A program made the position numbers and the translations under genes. Positions 35,831 through 49,238 of a stretch of DNA of 64,000 bases are shown in pieces (the stretch's first letter is position 1; every line of letters begins with the position of its first letter). The notes under the pieces were generated by a model. The model searched no databases, was not told the DNA's origin, and saw only the letters and a program-made list of their open reading frames with translations. This stretch comes from Octopus sinensis. Lineage: Eukaryota. The DNA lies in assembly GCF_006345805.1 (NCBI RefSeq), contig NC_043001.1, forward strand, positions 91,884,001-91,948,000. Direction: 5' to 3'.

Positions 35831-38017
35831 GTAAACTGCATTTAAACGTTCAAATGGTACTGCATGGGAGTTGGGCTCATGCAGCCATTTCATTTTCATT
35901 ATTATATAACAGCTTTCTCATTTTCATTCGTTTAATGCTTTTTTTTGTCCCCACTGTGGTGTTCTGTCGGTCCTTGTGCTGTCCCCTATGTGATGGCCAT
36001 AGTGCCAAAATAAAGTAAGTAGGCGGTCAGAGATAGTTGTTTACGGGTTTACTAAGTATACTGTATACTGAAGTGGGCGCTACAACAAAGGTCAATAATG
36101 GCCTTCGATTTTTTTTTTTTTTTGCATGGTATCTGCAACTGGTTGGGAGGAGTAGAGACACTATAATTCGCGGGTTATCTCCAGATCAGAATCCAGCCCA
36201 GATATCAAGTCTACCACTCAAGAACGGACACATTTCACCTGATAGCCTTCCATAATATTTTCGTCTGTCCCAAATCTACTCACAGACCTTGAGTTGACCT
36301 GAAGCTATGATTGTAGACATTTGTCTAAGAGTCGTGCAGTGTAATTGAAAAGGATTATTTTATTCATAATCATACGGTCTCATTCATAGTATTTTTACGA
36401 ACGAACAAGGAATCTGCTACACGTTTGATTGATCTGTTAAATATTATAGGCTCGTTCTCTTTAAATTACATCCTGCCGTTTTTAAGAAAGGAAAGAAATA
36501 TTGGATAATGTAATCCCTGATACACACAAGACTAAGGCATGTTTATGGCTCGAACATCTTTGATAATAAATACGCTGGATCAGAGCTGACCTAAGGCAAT
36601 AACATGTTTCTTTGTCCTGTGGTTTGTTATTCTTTTAACAGTAAAGTATTTCTTAGGTCTGTCATGAACTCCAGGACTCATAAACCAGAAGCTTAACCCA
36701 GTTTTCGTAGTGATAGAGATTGCAATACTCCACCCCCACTGAACGGGACGCCAGTCCGTCGCAAGGTTATCTTCCCAGTTATTGCTGGAATTCATTTACA
36801 GCTGCGTGGACTGAAACAACGTGAACCGAAGTGCTTTACTAAAGAATTCAACGCACTACCCGGTCCGGGAATCGAAACCACTAATTTACAATCGCGAGTG
36901 CAACACCCTAAACCATTAATCCACACACCTTCACGGAAAAATATATTTCCAGATTCCACCTCAAACGCAGTTCTCACCTACCCTTATTTCTTACCACAAG
37001 ATTCTGTTATTCTTACTTATGTTACATCTATTACAGAACCAAAATCTTTTATTTGACTCTTTCTGATATAGAATAAATTTTTTAGCACTAATTTGTCGAC
37101 CGAGAATGTCATTTGGGATTCTATAAACCTCTATGCCAACTTCTCTCAAAATGGATTCGCTGAATCGACCGAAACGCATGATTTAATGACGATCCAAATA
37201 AACGAACCTTCATATGATCACTCAAATTACTAGGAACAACAGGTTATTCACATACCAGTCTTACATGCATCAAATCACGTCCCAGCTCTATATATTCTTA
37301 AGAAGACGTAGTAGTATAAAAATATCTCAATAAAAATTGGGTCAAAATTAACATTAGAAAATTTCCATGAACAATCCTGAGAAAACGAAAATACTGAAAG
37401 CAGTAGCCTCGAGATATCTAACAACCAATGTATACATTTTATTATCTCCGGGTTAGTAGCGTACATCCAATGGCAATTGTTAATTCTGGTAGTTAAACCT
37501 TTTAAGAATGATTATTTAATTTGAAAGATTACAATTTAAAACGTGACCGTTACAATACATATCTTTGTAGTGGAGAAATATTCTCAGTATACACCCTGAA
37601 TATAAAAGTATGGATGTGAAAAGTGACGTATTTACAGTGTAAAAAGCTTTTAAATTTTGTCACACAATTTGCTGAAAAGATCGTCTATGCAGCCTCAAGG
37701 AAATTTGATGTCATTGAGAGCATCATTAGGTTATATGGAAGAAGAAAAAATCTGTGAAGCATTTTTGCAAGAATTAATGAACAAAAGCAAAAGACGTAAC
37801 AATTTCTGTGTTTGTGTTTTATGTTTTAAAATTTCCAGCAACATTATGTTGGTTTCGTGAAAATATAGAAAGAAAAACTGTGGTTGTAATCAAGGATCGC
37901 ATTGTATGAGAGGATGAATTATATGAGCGATTATTAGCTACAAAAGGTGGGGTTTGTTCTATATTTGAGATCGGTTAGTAGCTGAGTAAAATATAGATTG
38001 ACCAAAGGCTTAAGAGT

Positions 38018-38270
38018 GGAGGCGCGTGGCTTAGTGGTTAGGGTGTCAGCATCATGATCGCAAGATTGTGGTTTCGATTCCTAGACCGGGCGACGCGTTG
38101 TGTTCTTGAGCAAAACACTTCATTTCACGTTGCTCCAGTCCACTCAGCTGGCAAAAATGAGTAACACTGCGATGGACTGGTGTCCCATTCAGCTGGGGAA
38201 CACATACGCCATTGAAACCGGGATTCCGGGCCCATGAGCCTGGCTAGGCTTTAAAAGAGCGCATTTATTT
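38018..38270 (+). mobile_element. SINE family C (tRNA head, CORE-like middle, CTGCGATGGACTGG tail)
   Basis: A-box TGGCTTAGTGG, B-box-like GTTTCGATTCC; TSD-like AAAGGCTTAAGA / AAAGGTTTAAGA. Related copies at about 36720-36935 (-), 38300-38440 and 49800-49948. Confidence 0.8.
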
Positions 38271-38947
38271 AAAGGTTTAAGAACAACGTTCTTGTTATTG
38301 AGACAGTGTAGAAAGTACGTTGCTATTGCTTCACGATCAGAATGTCATAGGTTCAATTCCTGGCCAGGGTGATGCGTTGTAGCCTTGAGCAAGGCACTTC
38401 ATTTTACAATGCTCCAGTATACTCAACTGTAAATGAGTATCAGCCTAGAGCTGGTTTATCACTTTCTCTCTCCCCTCCCTCTCTCTCTCCTTCTCTCTCC
38501 CCTACCGCTCTCTCTGTCACATTCTAGATATTCCATTGGGTTAAGGGCTGTGGGTGTCTATATCTACTCACGACTATAAAGTTACCTAAAACAATTGGCG
38601 GAAGCGTGGTACAATCTACTGAATCATATTTGTTTGCGAGAGACGGCTAAACACAGCACACTGAACTACAATGAATGCCCCTATCTAGGTTTTTGTCAAA
38701 CAGCTACACTTTCCATTCTGCTTTAATCCTGTTTCCGATGAAGCTATAAGGTGTTACCCAGACACTCAACTATAAGTCCACTGCATCTTATAGCAGAAAG
38801 AACTGTAAGCTAATGAGGTTCATAAGATTTGTGTTTATTCCTTTGTCATCTCATTTTCTTATTACCACTTTGTATCTGACTAACGCTTCGTTTGGAAGCA
38901 TAAGCATATTAAATTCTATACCAGTTTCGCAATGCTTAAGCAACACA

Positions 38948-38993
<46 letters not shown>

Positions 38994-39780
38994 GCATACA
39001 CACATGTACATGCATGTGTATTTGTGTAGAATTACATTTTAAATTCTTTCTCATATTTGGAATAATCTTCTAGATCACGCCATATATTGTAATGGAGCAA
39101 CATGAAAGTAAAATGTTATAGCAGCAGCTTGTTAAACATCCCATCCCTTCATTGTTTCGTACAGTTTCTGTTTACTGTTTGACCGCCTCTTGCTTCTTCT
39201 GCATTATCCCATCTGTGTGACTGCGAATAAACACAAGCTAATTATTACATGATTATCATTATAATTGCATTGCAATGTATTATACACTGTATTGAATTAC
39301 AGGGTGGAGTTTACAGGTGCTGTACTAACCATAATGATGTATTCGTGTTTAGTAAACGACCACTGATAACCAACTGGTGTAGCGTAAAAGCTTCTGCATT
39401 GTGGTATGCTGAAGTAAAAACTAGAATAAACCTAATGTGCGCAGCAGGCTTCAAACTATATTTTCGTCTCTTCAATGATTTCATACTTAATATGAATTTG
39501 CTTTTGGTTTCGAATTGAGTGTCCCCATTTATTCCTCTCTTTCAGCACCTGTTCGATCCTCTGCTGCCAATTAGCAACACATCAAGGTATACTTCACTTA
39601 AGCCTTTACGATTGGCTGAACGGTTGAACGGTGAGAAGATGAGGATGGGCTTATAATCGACTCTCTTTCATGCATACACATTCATACAAACGCATACAAG
39701 CCTTCATACCTAAGTCAGCAGAAAAAGCATGGAATGATAAAAGGGACAGAAGATGGGTAATGGAGCGAGTTTAAATAATA

Positions 39781-40345
39781 TTGGGGTGTCCGGAAAGTTC
39801 GTGCCGATTTTTAAAGGAAAGAAAAGGGTCAATAAATACTTGCCATTACATTTTCAATTAACCAAATATGAACCATTTTGTTGCACAACGCGTCTCCATC
39901 TTTCTTTTGACTTGAAAATACCCTCTTCCCAGAATTGAGGTGGTTTCATAGCAAAGAATTCATCAAGGTATCTTTTTACGTCATCTAAGGAATTAAAATT
40001 TTTACCATCAAGACTATTCTGCAGAGACCTAAATAAGTAGAAATCCGAAGGAGCAATATCTGGTGAATATGGAGGGTGGGGTAACACAACCCAGCCGAGC
40101 TGCAACAATTTTTGTCTGGTTCCCAAAGCATCAAGTGCCGAAAATGAACTTTCTTATTTTCCATTTTAAAGGGTTACAGAATTAACACAGGTTATAGGAA
40201 CATAAACCTTCTTCCACGAAAAAATAGCTTAAACTGTGCTCTAAATAGAGGTGTAGTCAAATCCTATTTATAGACTCAACCATGTTCTAAAATAAGTCGA
40301 AAGGTAAGCTACTATAAATCGGTATGAACTTTCCGGACAAGCCAA
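39781..40345 (-). mobile_element. Internally deleted mariner transposon
   Basis: 30-bp TIRs (26/30 match), TA on the left. Minus strand MENKKVHFRHLMLWE (ATG 40164) is fused out of frame to the C-terminal TRQKLLQLGWVVLPHPPYSPDIAPSDFYLFRSLQN...NGSYLVN. Confidence 0.9.
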
Positions 40346-41006
40346 CATTTTACCGATAGGAATTACTATTAGTAGGTAAAATACTTAAAATCGCGTCGTT
40401 ATTCATTTTCTGACCCCTTTATCATCCAGTACCTTTCCTGCTGATTCGGGGATAAAGACCTTTACGTGTTGGTATGTATGCGAATGCATGAAAGATGGAC
40501 AATTATAAGTCTATCTCCTTCTTGACACCGTCCAACCGTGCAGCTAATTATATGCTTTCCTCTACCTATCATCACAGCAAATAGTTCTCTTTTGACATCC
40601 ATTTTCTCCCGTCTGTAGAAGCCGTTACATGTCGATGTAACTCCTGGGTAACAGGATAACGAATTAGCCGAAATAAACAATTACAGTTCTAGGTATCGAT
40701 GACATTTTCTCTTCCATTAATATCAAGAGGACACACTCTTTCTCTCTCTCTCACATACACATACACGCACACACCTTCGTATCTTATCTTTTATCTTTTG
40801 CATGTTTCAGTCATTAGGTTGCGGTCATGCTGGAGCACCGCTTTGAAGAACGTTTTAGTCTAAAGAATCGACCCCAGTACTTATTATTATTTTTTAACCT
40901 TGGTACTTATTGTATCTGTCTCTTTTGCTGAACCTTTAGATTACGGGGACGTAAATACACCAAACCAATTGTTATAGCGTTTCGGTAAAAGTGGCCGATA
41001 AATTAT

Positions 41007-41307
41007 GTTGTTTGTTCCTTCTCAAGCCATGTCTGGGTCATAAGGGCCGGTTTCCCAGTTTCCTTGGCGTATAGGTTCCCCAGCTGGACGGGACGCCGGT
41101 CCGTCGCAGGTGAGCTGCAAGGTGCAGGAGGAAAGAGTGAGAGGAAGTTGTGGCGAAAGAGTCAGAAGTTCGCCATTACCTTCTGCTGGAGCCGCTTGGA
41201 GCTTAGGTGTTTCGCTCATAAACACACACATCGCCCGGTCTGAGATTCGAACCCGCGATCCCTCGACCGCGAGTCCGCTGCTCTAACCACTAGGCCATGT
41301 GCCTCCA
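41007..41307 (-). mobile_element. tRNA-headed SINE sharing the family C tail but with a different middle
   Basis: Minus strand GGAGGCACATGGCCTAGTGGTTAGAGCAGCGGACTCGCGG...GGTTCGAATC...CTGCGACGGACCGGCGTCCCGTCCAGCTGGGG. Confidence 0.8.
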
Positions 41308-41712
41308 CGATAGAATATGTACTAGGTTTCAAAAATGTCTACTGCATATTCAGCTAGAATACTTCAAGGCGGCGCCCCAGCATGGCTGCAGTCTAATGAC
41401 AACACAAATGAACGGTAAAAAGCAAAAGACACACACACCCACCCACCCACACACACACACACAAATATACAGCGAGAGAGAGGGAAAGAGAGAATGTGAG
41501 AGAAAGAAAAGGAAAGCTAGATGAATGGACGGGCAGATCAATAAATAGATAGATTTAAGCGTTTATATAAATATGTGCGTTTGGTTATTTATAGTGAAAA
41601 ATGCGTAAATTTGTAAAAAGCTTTTAGTCAATAAGAGCTGCAATCAATGGAAGCTGTTTCCAGTAACATGACTACCTGTTTATGAATGTTAATATATGAT
41701 CTTATTTAATGA

Positions 41713-41925
41713 GGCGGCGAGCTGGCAGAAACGTTAGCACGGCGGGCGAAATGCTTAGCAGTATTTCGTCTGTCGCTATGTTCTGAGTTCAACTTTGCCT
41801 TTCATCCTTTCGGGGTCGATTAAATAAGTACCAGTTAAGCACTGGGGTCGATATAATCGACTTAATCTGTTCGTCTGTCCTAGTCTCCTCCCTGTGTTTG
41901 TCCCCTTGTGGGCAGTAAAGAAATA
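41713..41925 (+). mobile_element. SINE family A monomer, long tail
   Basis: Head GGCGGCGAGCTGGCAG; ends GTAAAGAAATA; followed by a degenerate second copy to about 42110. Confidence 0.8.
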
Positions 41926-42243
41926 AGAATCGTTAGTACGCAGGGCAAAAAACCTTAGTGCCAGCTCGTCCGTCTTTACGTCCTCAATCCGATCAACCTT
42001 ATCTTTCAAGGTCGATAATAAAGTACTTACCAGCTGAGCACTGGAGTCAATGTTATCGACTTAGCCCCTCTCCGAAATTGCAGGCCCTGAGCCAAAATTT
42101 GAAACCAATGTATAATCAGATTAAGTAAATAGATAAAGTGAAATTCACACCATTAGTATTTTTGCCAAGTTATAAAGTGTTGTGTTAGACACAGTATTAT
42201 GCAATCCTGTAAAATGCACATTTGTCCCCCACTCTCTCTCTGT

Positions 42244-42327
<84 letters not shown>

Positions 42328-42580
42328 TATATATTTCATTTGTCTTGCTCGCTTACGTTCTGACGTTAGCTAAATTTTCCTGGGAACATTCCTTTCTTAG
42401 TGGTAAGACCGTAGTGGATCTTTTTCTAGCATAATGGATGTCCACTTACAGGTCATTCCCCTTATATGTATGTAATATAATTTTTTCTGAAACTTCAGAT
42501 TTTTCAATATGCTAATTGATATTAATCAAATTAATATTCAAATTTTCACCCTTATTATTTTAAATTATATATATATAAGC

Positions 42581-42643
<63 letters not shown>

Positions 42644-42735
42644 ATAGTTCAAATGTGCAGAAAACAAAAGACAAAGGCAGGTGAGGGAACAACAAGCAGG
42701 TGTATTAGTTTGACGCTCGGGAAGATTGGAAAAGG

Positions 42736-42771
42736 CTTTTACGTTTCGAGCCTACGCTCTTCGACAGAAAG
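42736..42771 (-). ncRNA. Minimal hammerhead-like motif with variant core CUGUCGA
   Basis: Minus strand: CTTT CTGTCGA a GAGC gtag GCTC GAA A CG T A / AAAG. Same repeat family as 17349-17525 (copy about 42647-42830). Confidence 0.6.
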
Positions 42772-43069
42772 TGATGAGAGGAAAAAACGGAAGGAGAAAG
42801 AAAAAGCAGAGAGAAAAATGTATTGGTATTAACAGTTTAATATGATGAAATGACCGAAAAGAATCTGCTTCTATACGGTACAAGATAGGGACACTGCTCG
42901 AAAATCACTCATTGACTGTAGACCTCCAGATTATAAGTGAAATACTGACTGTGCAATTCAGAAGCGTTCTCACAACCACAGCTCCGTTGGTCCAGTTGCA
43001 ATTAAGTATGCCTGGTGAGTTCTTCGTCACCATAGCTCTTCACAAAGAGATGGTAATAACTGATTATTT

Positions 43070-44530
43070 CAAAACAGATGAAACTAATGTAATATCAGCC
43101 ATTGATAAAATGAGCTTAAACTCAGTCACAGTACCTGATGAATTCTCAGCAGCTCTCCTAAAACAATGCAAAGGGCTCGAGCAGGACTACTGCAGATTTT
43201 CTTCCCTGCTGATGGGAGACTTCCTAGAAAGTTAAAGAAATGTATATGTCGTATCCACAACGGAGGTAGCAGAGCGGATGCAAAAAAAATTATAGGTCTC
43301 TCTCTCTCACCTCACATGTCAGCAAAGTCATGGAAGACGTTGTCAAGAGGAAGCTGATCACCCTCCTAGAAGATAAGGACTTTCTCCCTAACACCCAGCA
43401 TCGCTTCTTCCTCGGAAGAAGCTATCTTATACAGTTTTGCAGCATGGGTGTTGAAACAACTAATGAATCGCTCAAACTTCAATGTGATATATCTCGATTT
43501 TGCGAAGGCCTTTGATAAGGTTGATCATAGGATGAAATGTCAACTGCTACGGAGATTCGGTATTATCGGAAGACTGGAGGAGTGGTTACGTGACTTCTTA
43601 AAAGACAGGAGCTAGGCTGTGACAGCCAATGGGATCCTTTCCAAGGAGACAGTATTAGCGAGTAGAATGCCTTAGGGAATTGTCATGGGGCCGCTGCTGT
43701 TTATGGTGGCTTTTTCGGATGTCCCATCAGTTACACAGACAGCCACACTTACTAGCTATGCCGACGCGACAAAATTAGTACAAGCAGTCAAGAAACCTTC
43801 AAATCTTCTATATAAACCTTCCAATCTTCTACAGAAAGGCTAGATTCCATATATAAATGGGCCAAAGAAAATAACATACAATTTAATTTAGGAAAATTCC
43901 AAGACCCCCATTATCATCCAGCTTGTCCAAACATGCTGCAATAAAAATACTTTGCGCCAAAAGAAGCGACAATCCCAGAATCAAGTACAGTGCGTGATAT
44001 GAAGATTGATATGAGCAATAACGTCTCGTTTCATGTACATATCAAGATGGTGGCAATGTGCAGGCGAATAGCCGGATGGAATCTGAGAACTTTCGGAACA
44101 AGGGGCCAGGAAACTAGGCTGGTTCTATGGAGGATATGTCTTCATCGTCTGGACTAATGCTTTCAACTGTGTTCATCCCTAGTGAGAAATTAATAACCGA
44201 ATTTGCGGCAGTTCAGCGGTGCTGTACCAGAAAGATTGCACCGACGGAACACCTGAGCTACTGGGTGAGATATACGTATAGAAAGATCATGGAAGGATTA
44301 ACGCCAAAAATTTGGCATCGAGAGTTTTACCAGCCCTCGAACTGAACACCATTGCACTGCTAAAATGGTCCCAGCCATCGTCTAGAATGAGAACTATGTA
44401 CTGCAGCTTGGGATTCAAGGGTCCACGGTTATTTAATATCTTGCCGACCTTCTGTTGTTCGAGGTCTCAGAGGAACCAACATAAAAGTGGGCAGCAATAT
44501 CGAATACCCTCTTTCATCAAAAGTCAATCA
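43070..44530 (+). mobile_element. Degraded CR1/L2-group LINE (RT and 3' end)
   Basis: PDEFSAALLKQCK, DFAKAFDKVDH, GIVMGPLLF, SYADATK and GFKGPRLFNILP motifs with multiple disruptions. Confidence 0.8.
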
Positions 44531-44619
44531 CAAAAGAATGTCCATTGAAAAAGTGATGATAACATTGGCAGAGGCCCAGCATGGCAACAGCCTTTGGGTT
44601 GAAACGCATAAAAAAGGAT

Positions 44620-44764
44620 ATACATACATACATTCATGCATATATATATATCACTACACACACACATACACATACATACACACTCACAGAAGCACGCACG
44701 CACGCACATACACACACATTCATACACACATGCACACACACATACGCACACACAAACATAAACG

Positions 44765-44840
<76 letters not shown>

Positions 44841-44959
44841 GTACACGTACATTCACTGCCTGTTTGAAAAGTGTTATTCTCTTTTGGACTTGGTAAAGAA
44901 TTTTTGTGTAAAAATTCTCATGCATAGACAGGCATATTTAGATATAACTAGACACACAG

Positions 44960-44990
<31 letters not shown>

Positions 44991-45020
44991 TACACACACA
45001 CACACATACACACACACACA
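44620..45020. repeat. (CA)n/(TA)n compound microsatellite
   Basis: Read directly. Confidence 0.9.
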
Positions 45021-45377
45021 CATATGCATAAGAGCTTTCTCAAAACGCGACAAAGCTCTTTTTGCTTACATATACATTTACATACGTTGGTGTTTGTCAT
45101 CCAGTTAGTCAAAACATTTTCTATTATCAGAGGGATTCGCTTGTTTTCTTTTTCTAGCCATTAAAATATTTCACTCCGATTTATAGCAATAACTATGAAG
45201 ACGACTGCAAGAATATATCAAACATGAGAGTAAACAGCTTTACTTACGACTAGATATACTTAAGTCTCGAATAATTGAAATAATATGATAGTAATAATAA
45301 TGATAATAATAATAATAATATTAATGATAATAATAATGATGATGATGATAATAATAGTAATGATAATAATAATAATC

Positions 45378-46620
45378 ATTTCTTTGTTAGCAACAAGGGC
45401 CGACAAAAATAAGATTGGACATCACAAAGCATGAAGGACAAATTGGGGTTACATAAAGTGTCGTGTAAAAATCAATAACAATGAAAAATATAACAAAGAA
45501 AAGGCCTAAAGGAGACAAACAACACGAAAAATCCACAAGCGCCACGACCACTAGGGCAACAGTCCTCTCTCCATCTTTCTTTCACTCTCTCTCAGCCTTG
45601 GAAACTTAAAAGCGCATCTTCGCCACATTCACCTACCTTTTAACAAAATTGCTGGAAGTCAGCGCTTCTCTTTTAACCCTCACTTTCCTTTTCAGACAGT
45701 ACCTGAAAAAGTTGATAAGGGGTTGGCCAAAGAGAAAAGTATTTGTCTTCAGCCCTTTCAGTCTAGACCATCACACAACTTCTTCCGCTACAGCCACGAG
45801 AAAATTGCCTTCCCTTGTCGGCCAAAGGAAGGCGGCGGGTCAGTCTTCATGATGAAATCAGCCGACAAGCAGACATGTCCTACACATGACATCAGATGTT
45901 CGACAAACCCATATATCAGATATATTCGGGTACTGGACGAGTGTATGCAGAACGGTTTCGTCGCTCTGCGTACATCTCGGACAGGTACGACTGATAGCAC
46001 TTCCGTGCTTGTAGAGTTTATCTTGAACAGGCAAAGCTCCCCTGTAGCACAGCCAGGCGAGGGATTTCTGGAAGTTATCCATAGATCCCGGCCCGAAAGT
46101 CCTCCGGAACTGATTAGCGAGCTGAAATTCATCGACGCCTAGAGTCTTCCAAAGAACGTCGTTGTTTCCTTTCACCACTAATCCTCTACACAACGCCATA
46201 GTAGACCTTCCACTAACTGCATTGCCCGACTGGCTGAGGAACGTGAGCGCCTGGCGACACTCAAGGTACCAGACGCCCAGCCTCGGTCTACGCTTGATCC
46301 AAAATTGCAGCTCACTCAAAGAGACAAACTACGGGAAAGTGAGTCTGACTACACCTGCTCACCGTCGTTGAGGAAACGCTGGATGTGCCGCAGCCTCAGC
46401 ACATGTCTGCGCATCAATAGCCACGGCATACCCAGCCCACCGTTCATAGGGTGTAGACAGCAAATGGAGTGCCTGACCAGTGGAGTCCGTCCCTTCCATA
46501 TGAGGCGAAAAGCAAATGATCCAGCTTGATCAGGTAGGAACTGGGGCAAGGCACGATGGTGAGGCGGTAGTAAATGACTGAAGCAACATATGTGTTCGCT
46601 AACCCTACCCGACCTTTCAA
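45378..46620 (-). mobile_element. Tx1/L1-clade LINE 3' fragment (post-RT region, zf-RVT, 3'UTR)
   Basis: LKGRVGLANTYVASVIYY, LIWKGR..V...ICC.HPMNGGLGMP and WLCYRGALPVQDKL....SRTCPRC.QSDETVLH. The 3' end GCCCTTGTTGCTAACAAAGAAATG runs into (ATT)n. Confidence 0.85.
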
Positions 46621-46709
46621 GGATAGCTTCCTTTCGGCTCAGTCAAATGACTGAAACAAGTAAAAGAGTAAAGAGTAAAAGAGTACTACTTTCGTTAGAG
46701 CTATTTCTA

Positions 46710-46781
46710 GTTCTAACCATACACGACGATCTGGTTCTAACCATACACAATGATCTGGTTCTAACCTTACACGATGATCTT
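46710..46781 (+). repeat. 24-bp tandem repeat x3 (GTTCTAACCATACACGACGATCTG)
   Basis: Read directly; no spacers. Confidence 0.8.
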
Positions 46782-46933
46782 AACCTGCAAGGCTTTGCTC
46801 GGCCGGGGATTAAAGTAAATGATACTTGTATGATGTGCCAAGCAGTAGGACTGAACCCGAAACCATGTGGTTGGGTAGCAAATTTCTTACAGTCTTACCT
46901 GCACTTATATACATATAAGTGATATAACAGGTA

Positions 46934-47325
46934 GGCGGCGAGCTGGCAGAAATGTTAGCACGCCGGGCGAAATGCGTAGCCGTATTTCGTCTGCCGTTAA
47001 GTTCTGAGTTCAATTTCCGCCGAGGTCGACTTTGCCTTTCATCCTGTCGGGATCGATTAAATAAGTACCAGTCACACACTGGGGTCGATGTAATCGACTT
47101 AATCCGTTTGTCTGTCCTTGTTTGTCCCCTCTGTGTTTAGCTCCTTGTGGGTAGTAAAGAAATAGGTATTTCGTCTGCCGCTACGTTCTGAGTTCAAATT
47201 CCACCCAGGTCGACTTTGCCTTTCATTCTTTCGGGGTCCATAAGTTAAGTACCAGTTGAGTACTGGGGTCAATGTCATCGACTATCCCCCACCCCAAAAT
47301 TTCAGGCCTTGTACCTATAGTAGAA
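46934..47325 (+). mobile_element. SINE family A, dimeric form
   Basis: GTATTTCGTC at 46982 and 47166 (period 184); short tail after the second body. Confidence 0.85.
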
Positions 47326-47890
47326 ATTACTCAAGTATAAACTACTCCAGAACTGTATTTTCTGACAATGATATTCTGGTTCTTATTACAACTTTAACTT
47401 CAAATCCTTTCTGTCTTAATTCCGTCTCTCACCCTATTGCTACTCCAGTCAAGTGTGGCAGATAAAAACCCTATCCTTCAACTCACCTTCAATTTACTTA
47501 TCCGATTACTCACTCGTTAGCCATTTGTCCTTCGACAGCCCCTGCTTCTACTTTACCTTATGATCGTGACAGCAAATTAATACTTACAGCTAATTATTAT
47601 ATATGAATGCCGAGCAGTGCCTTCACATGGCCTATTACATGTAATTACACGTATCAATGACTGTTATCGCTATCTTTAGGTATGTGAGGTGTTAATTCTA
47701 ATCGAACATGACCAAAGTCTTTCGCGCCACAACCATCTATCTTTCCAAGAATACAAAGAACTACATTGTTTTACGTGATCTTCATTTCCTCAAGGCGGAA
47801 TGGTGAAACTTGAGCGAGATTTGGCTGCTATTTCTAACAAATCAAATGACCACATTGAAGTTTCTTTTTGGTCCATGTTATGAGTATTAT

Positions 47891-48673
47891 TACTCTTTTA
47901 CTTGTTTCAGTGATTTGACTGTGGCCATGCTAGAGCACCGCTTTTAGTCGAGCAAATCGACCCCAGGACTTACTCTTTGGAAGCCTAGTACTTATTCTAT
48001 CGGTCTCTTTTGCCGAACCGGGACGTAAACACACCAGCATCGGTTGCCAAGCGATGTTGGGGGGACAAACACAGACACACAAACATATACATATACATAT
48101 ATATACATATATACGACGGGATTCTTTCAGTTTCCGTCTACCAAATCCACTCACTAGGCTTTGGTCGGCCCGAGGCTATAGTAGAAGACACTTGCCCAAG
48201 GTGCCACGCAGTGGGACTGAACCAGGAACCATGTGGTTGGTAAGCAAGCTACTTACCACACAGCCACTCCTATACCTGTTCTTAATCTTATTCTTAATCT
48301 TTTATCTTTTATTTGTTTCAGTCATTAGACTGCGGTCATACTGGAGCACTACTTCGAAGAAATTTTAGTCGAATGAATCGACTTCAGTGCTTAGTTTTTG
48401 TTAAGCCTGGTACTTATTCCATCGGTCACTTTTTGTCGAACCGCTAAGATACGGAGACGCAAACACACCAACACCGGTTGTCAAGCGGTGGTGAGGAAAC
48501 ACACACACTCGACGAGATTCTTTGAGTTTTCGCCAACCAAATCCACTCAACTCACAAGGCTTTGGTCGGCCCGAGGTCGTAATAGAAAGACACTTGCCCA
48601 AGATGCCACGCAGTGAGACTGAATCCGGAACCACGTGATTCCAAGCTTCTTACTACGCAGTCACACCTGTGCC
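47891..48673 (-). mobile_element. Two tandem SINE family B copies
   Basis: Copies at 47891-48277 and about 48300-48673. Confidence 0.8.
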
Positions 48674-48796
48674 TATGTAGAGTGTATTTTCGTGTTGTCG
48701 TCAGTATTTCTTCAGAATAAATTTAGTATCTAGATCTATAAAGGAACGCTTGCTAGCTTTTGCAATGTAGTCTTGGTTATATGACTTTATGGAAGA

Positions 48797-49238
48797 CTAG
48801 CAGTATAGCCCAGCGTTGCTTGGGTTTGTTTTGTAGTTGCGCCTAAAACGGCAGACTTTGATATCACGTTAACAAAGTTTTGACATAGTTTCAATCGTTT
48901 TTGAAAAGTAAAAATTTTGCATTATGTAGCTTGTTATTCTCTTTAAGTGAACATTTTTCTGGTTGAAATACACCGAAAAATGGCGACACAGCATTCCAAA
49001 ATTCGTAAAAAATAGGGATTTTCATAGGAAAAAACATCTTTTTGATGTAAATAATTTTTGGTGTTAACATGGTCTGATTTGAATTTTATCTTCTACGGAA
49101 TAAAGAGCAACCCTTCTATCATGCTCTCAATTTTGGTCAACTTGCGCCGCAGGGTCTTGGAGGAGATAGTGTTAGTTGAAGGCTTACCAAACCTGCCACA
49201 CACACACACACAGAAAACCTCAGCTTTATATGTAGAGA
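48797..49238 (-). mobile_element. Non-autonomous Helitron
   Basis: Minus strand 5' TC ... subterminal CCCA/TGGG hairpin ... CTAG 3', inserted between A and T. Near-identical to 61919-62306. Confidence 0.8.

Noticed and set aside
36991-37466. Two short minus-strand ORFs that look vaguely protein-like
   Set aside because: No recognisable motif or splice context; possibly an old transposon relic but unsupported.
41007-41307. tRNA genes at SINE heads
   Set aside because: A/B boxes are present, but each head continues into a SINE body and lacks a complete acceptor stem and terminator.
46710-46781. CRISPR-like short direct repeats (also 56332-56403)
   Set aside because: Head-to-tail tandem repeats without unique spacers, in a eukaryotic context with no cas genes.
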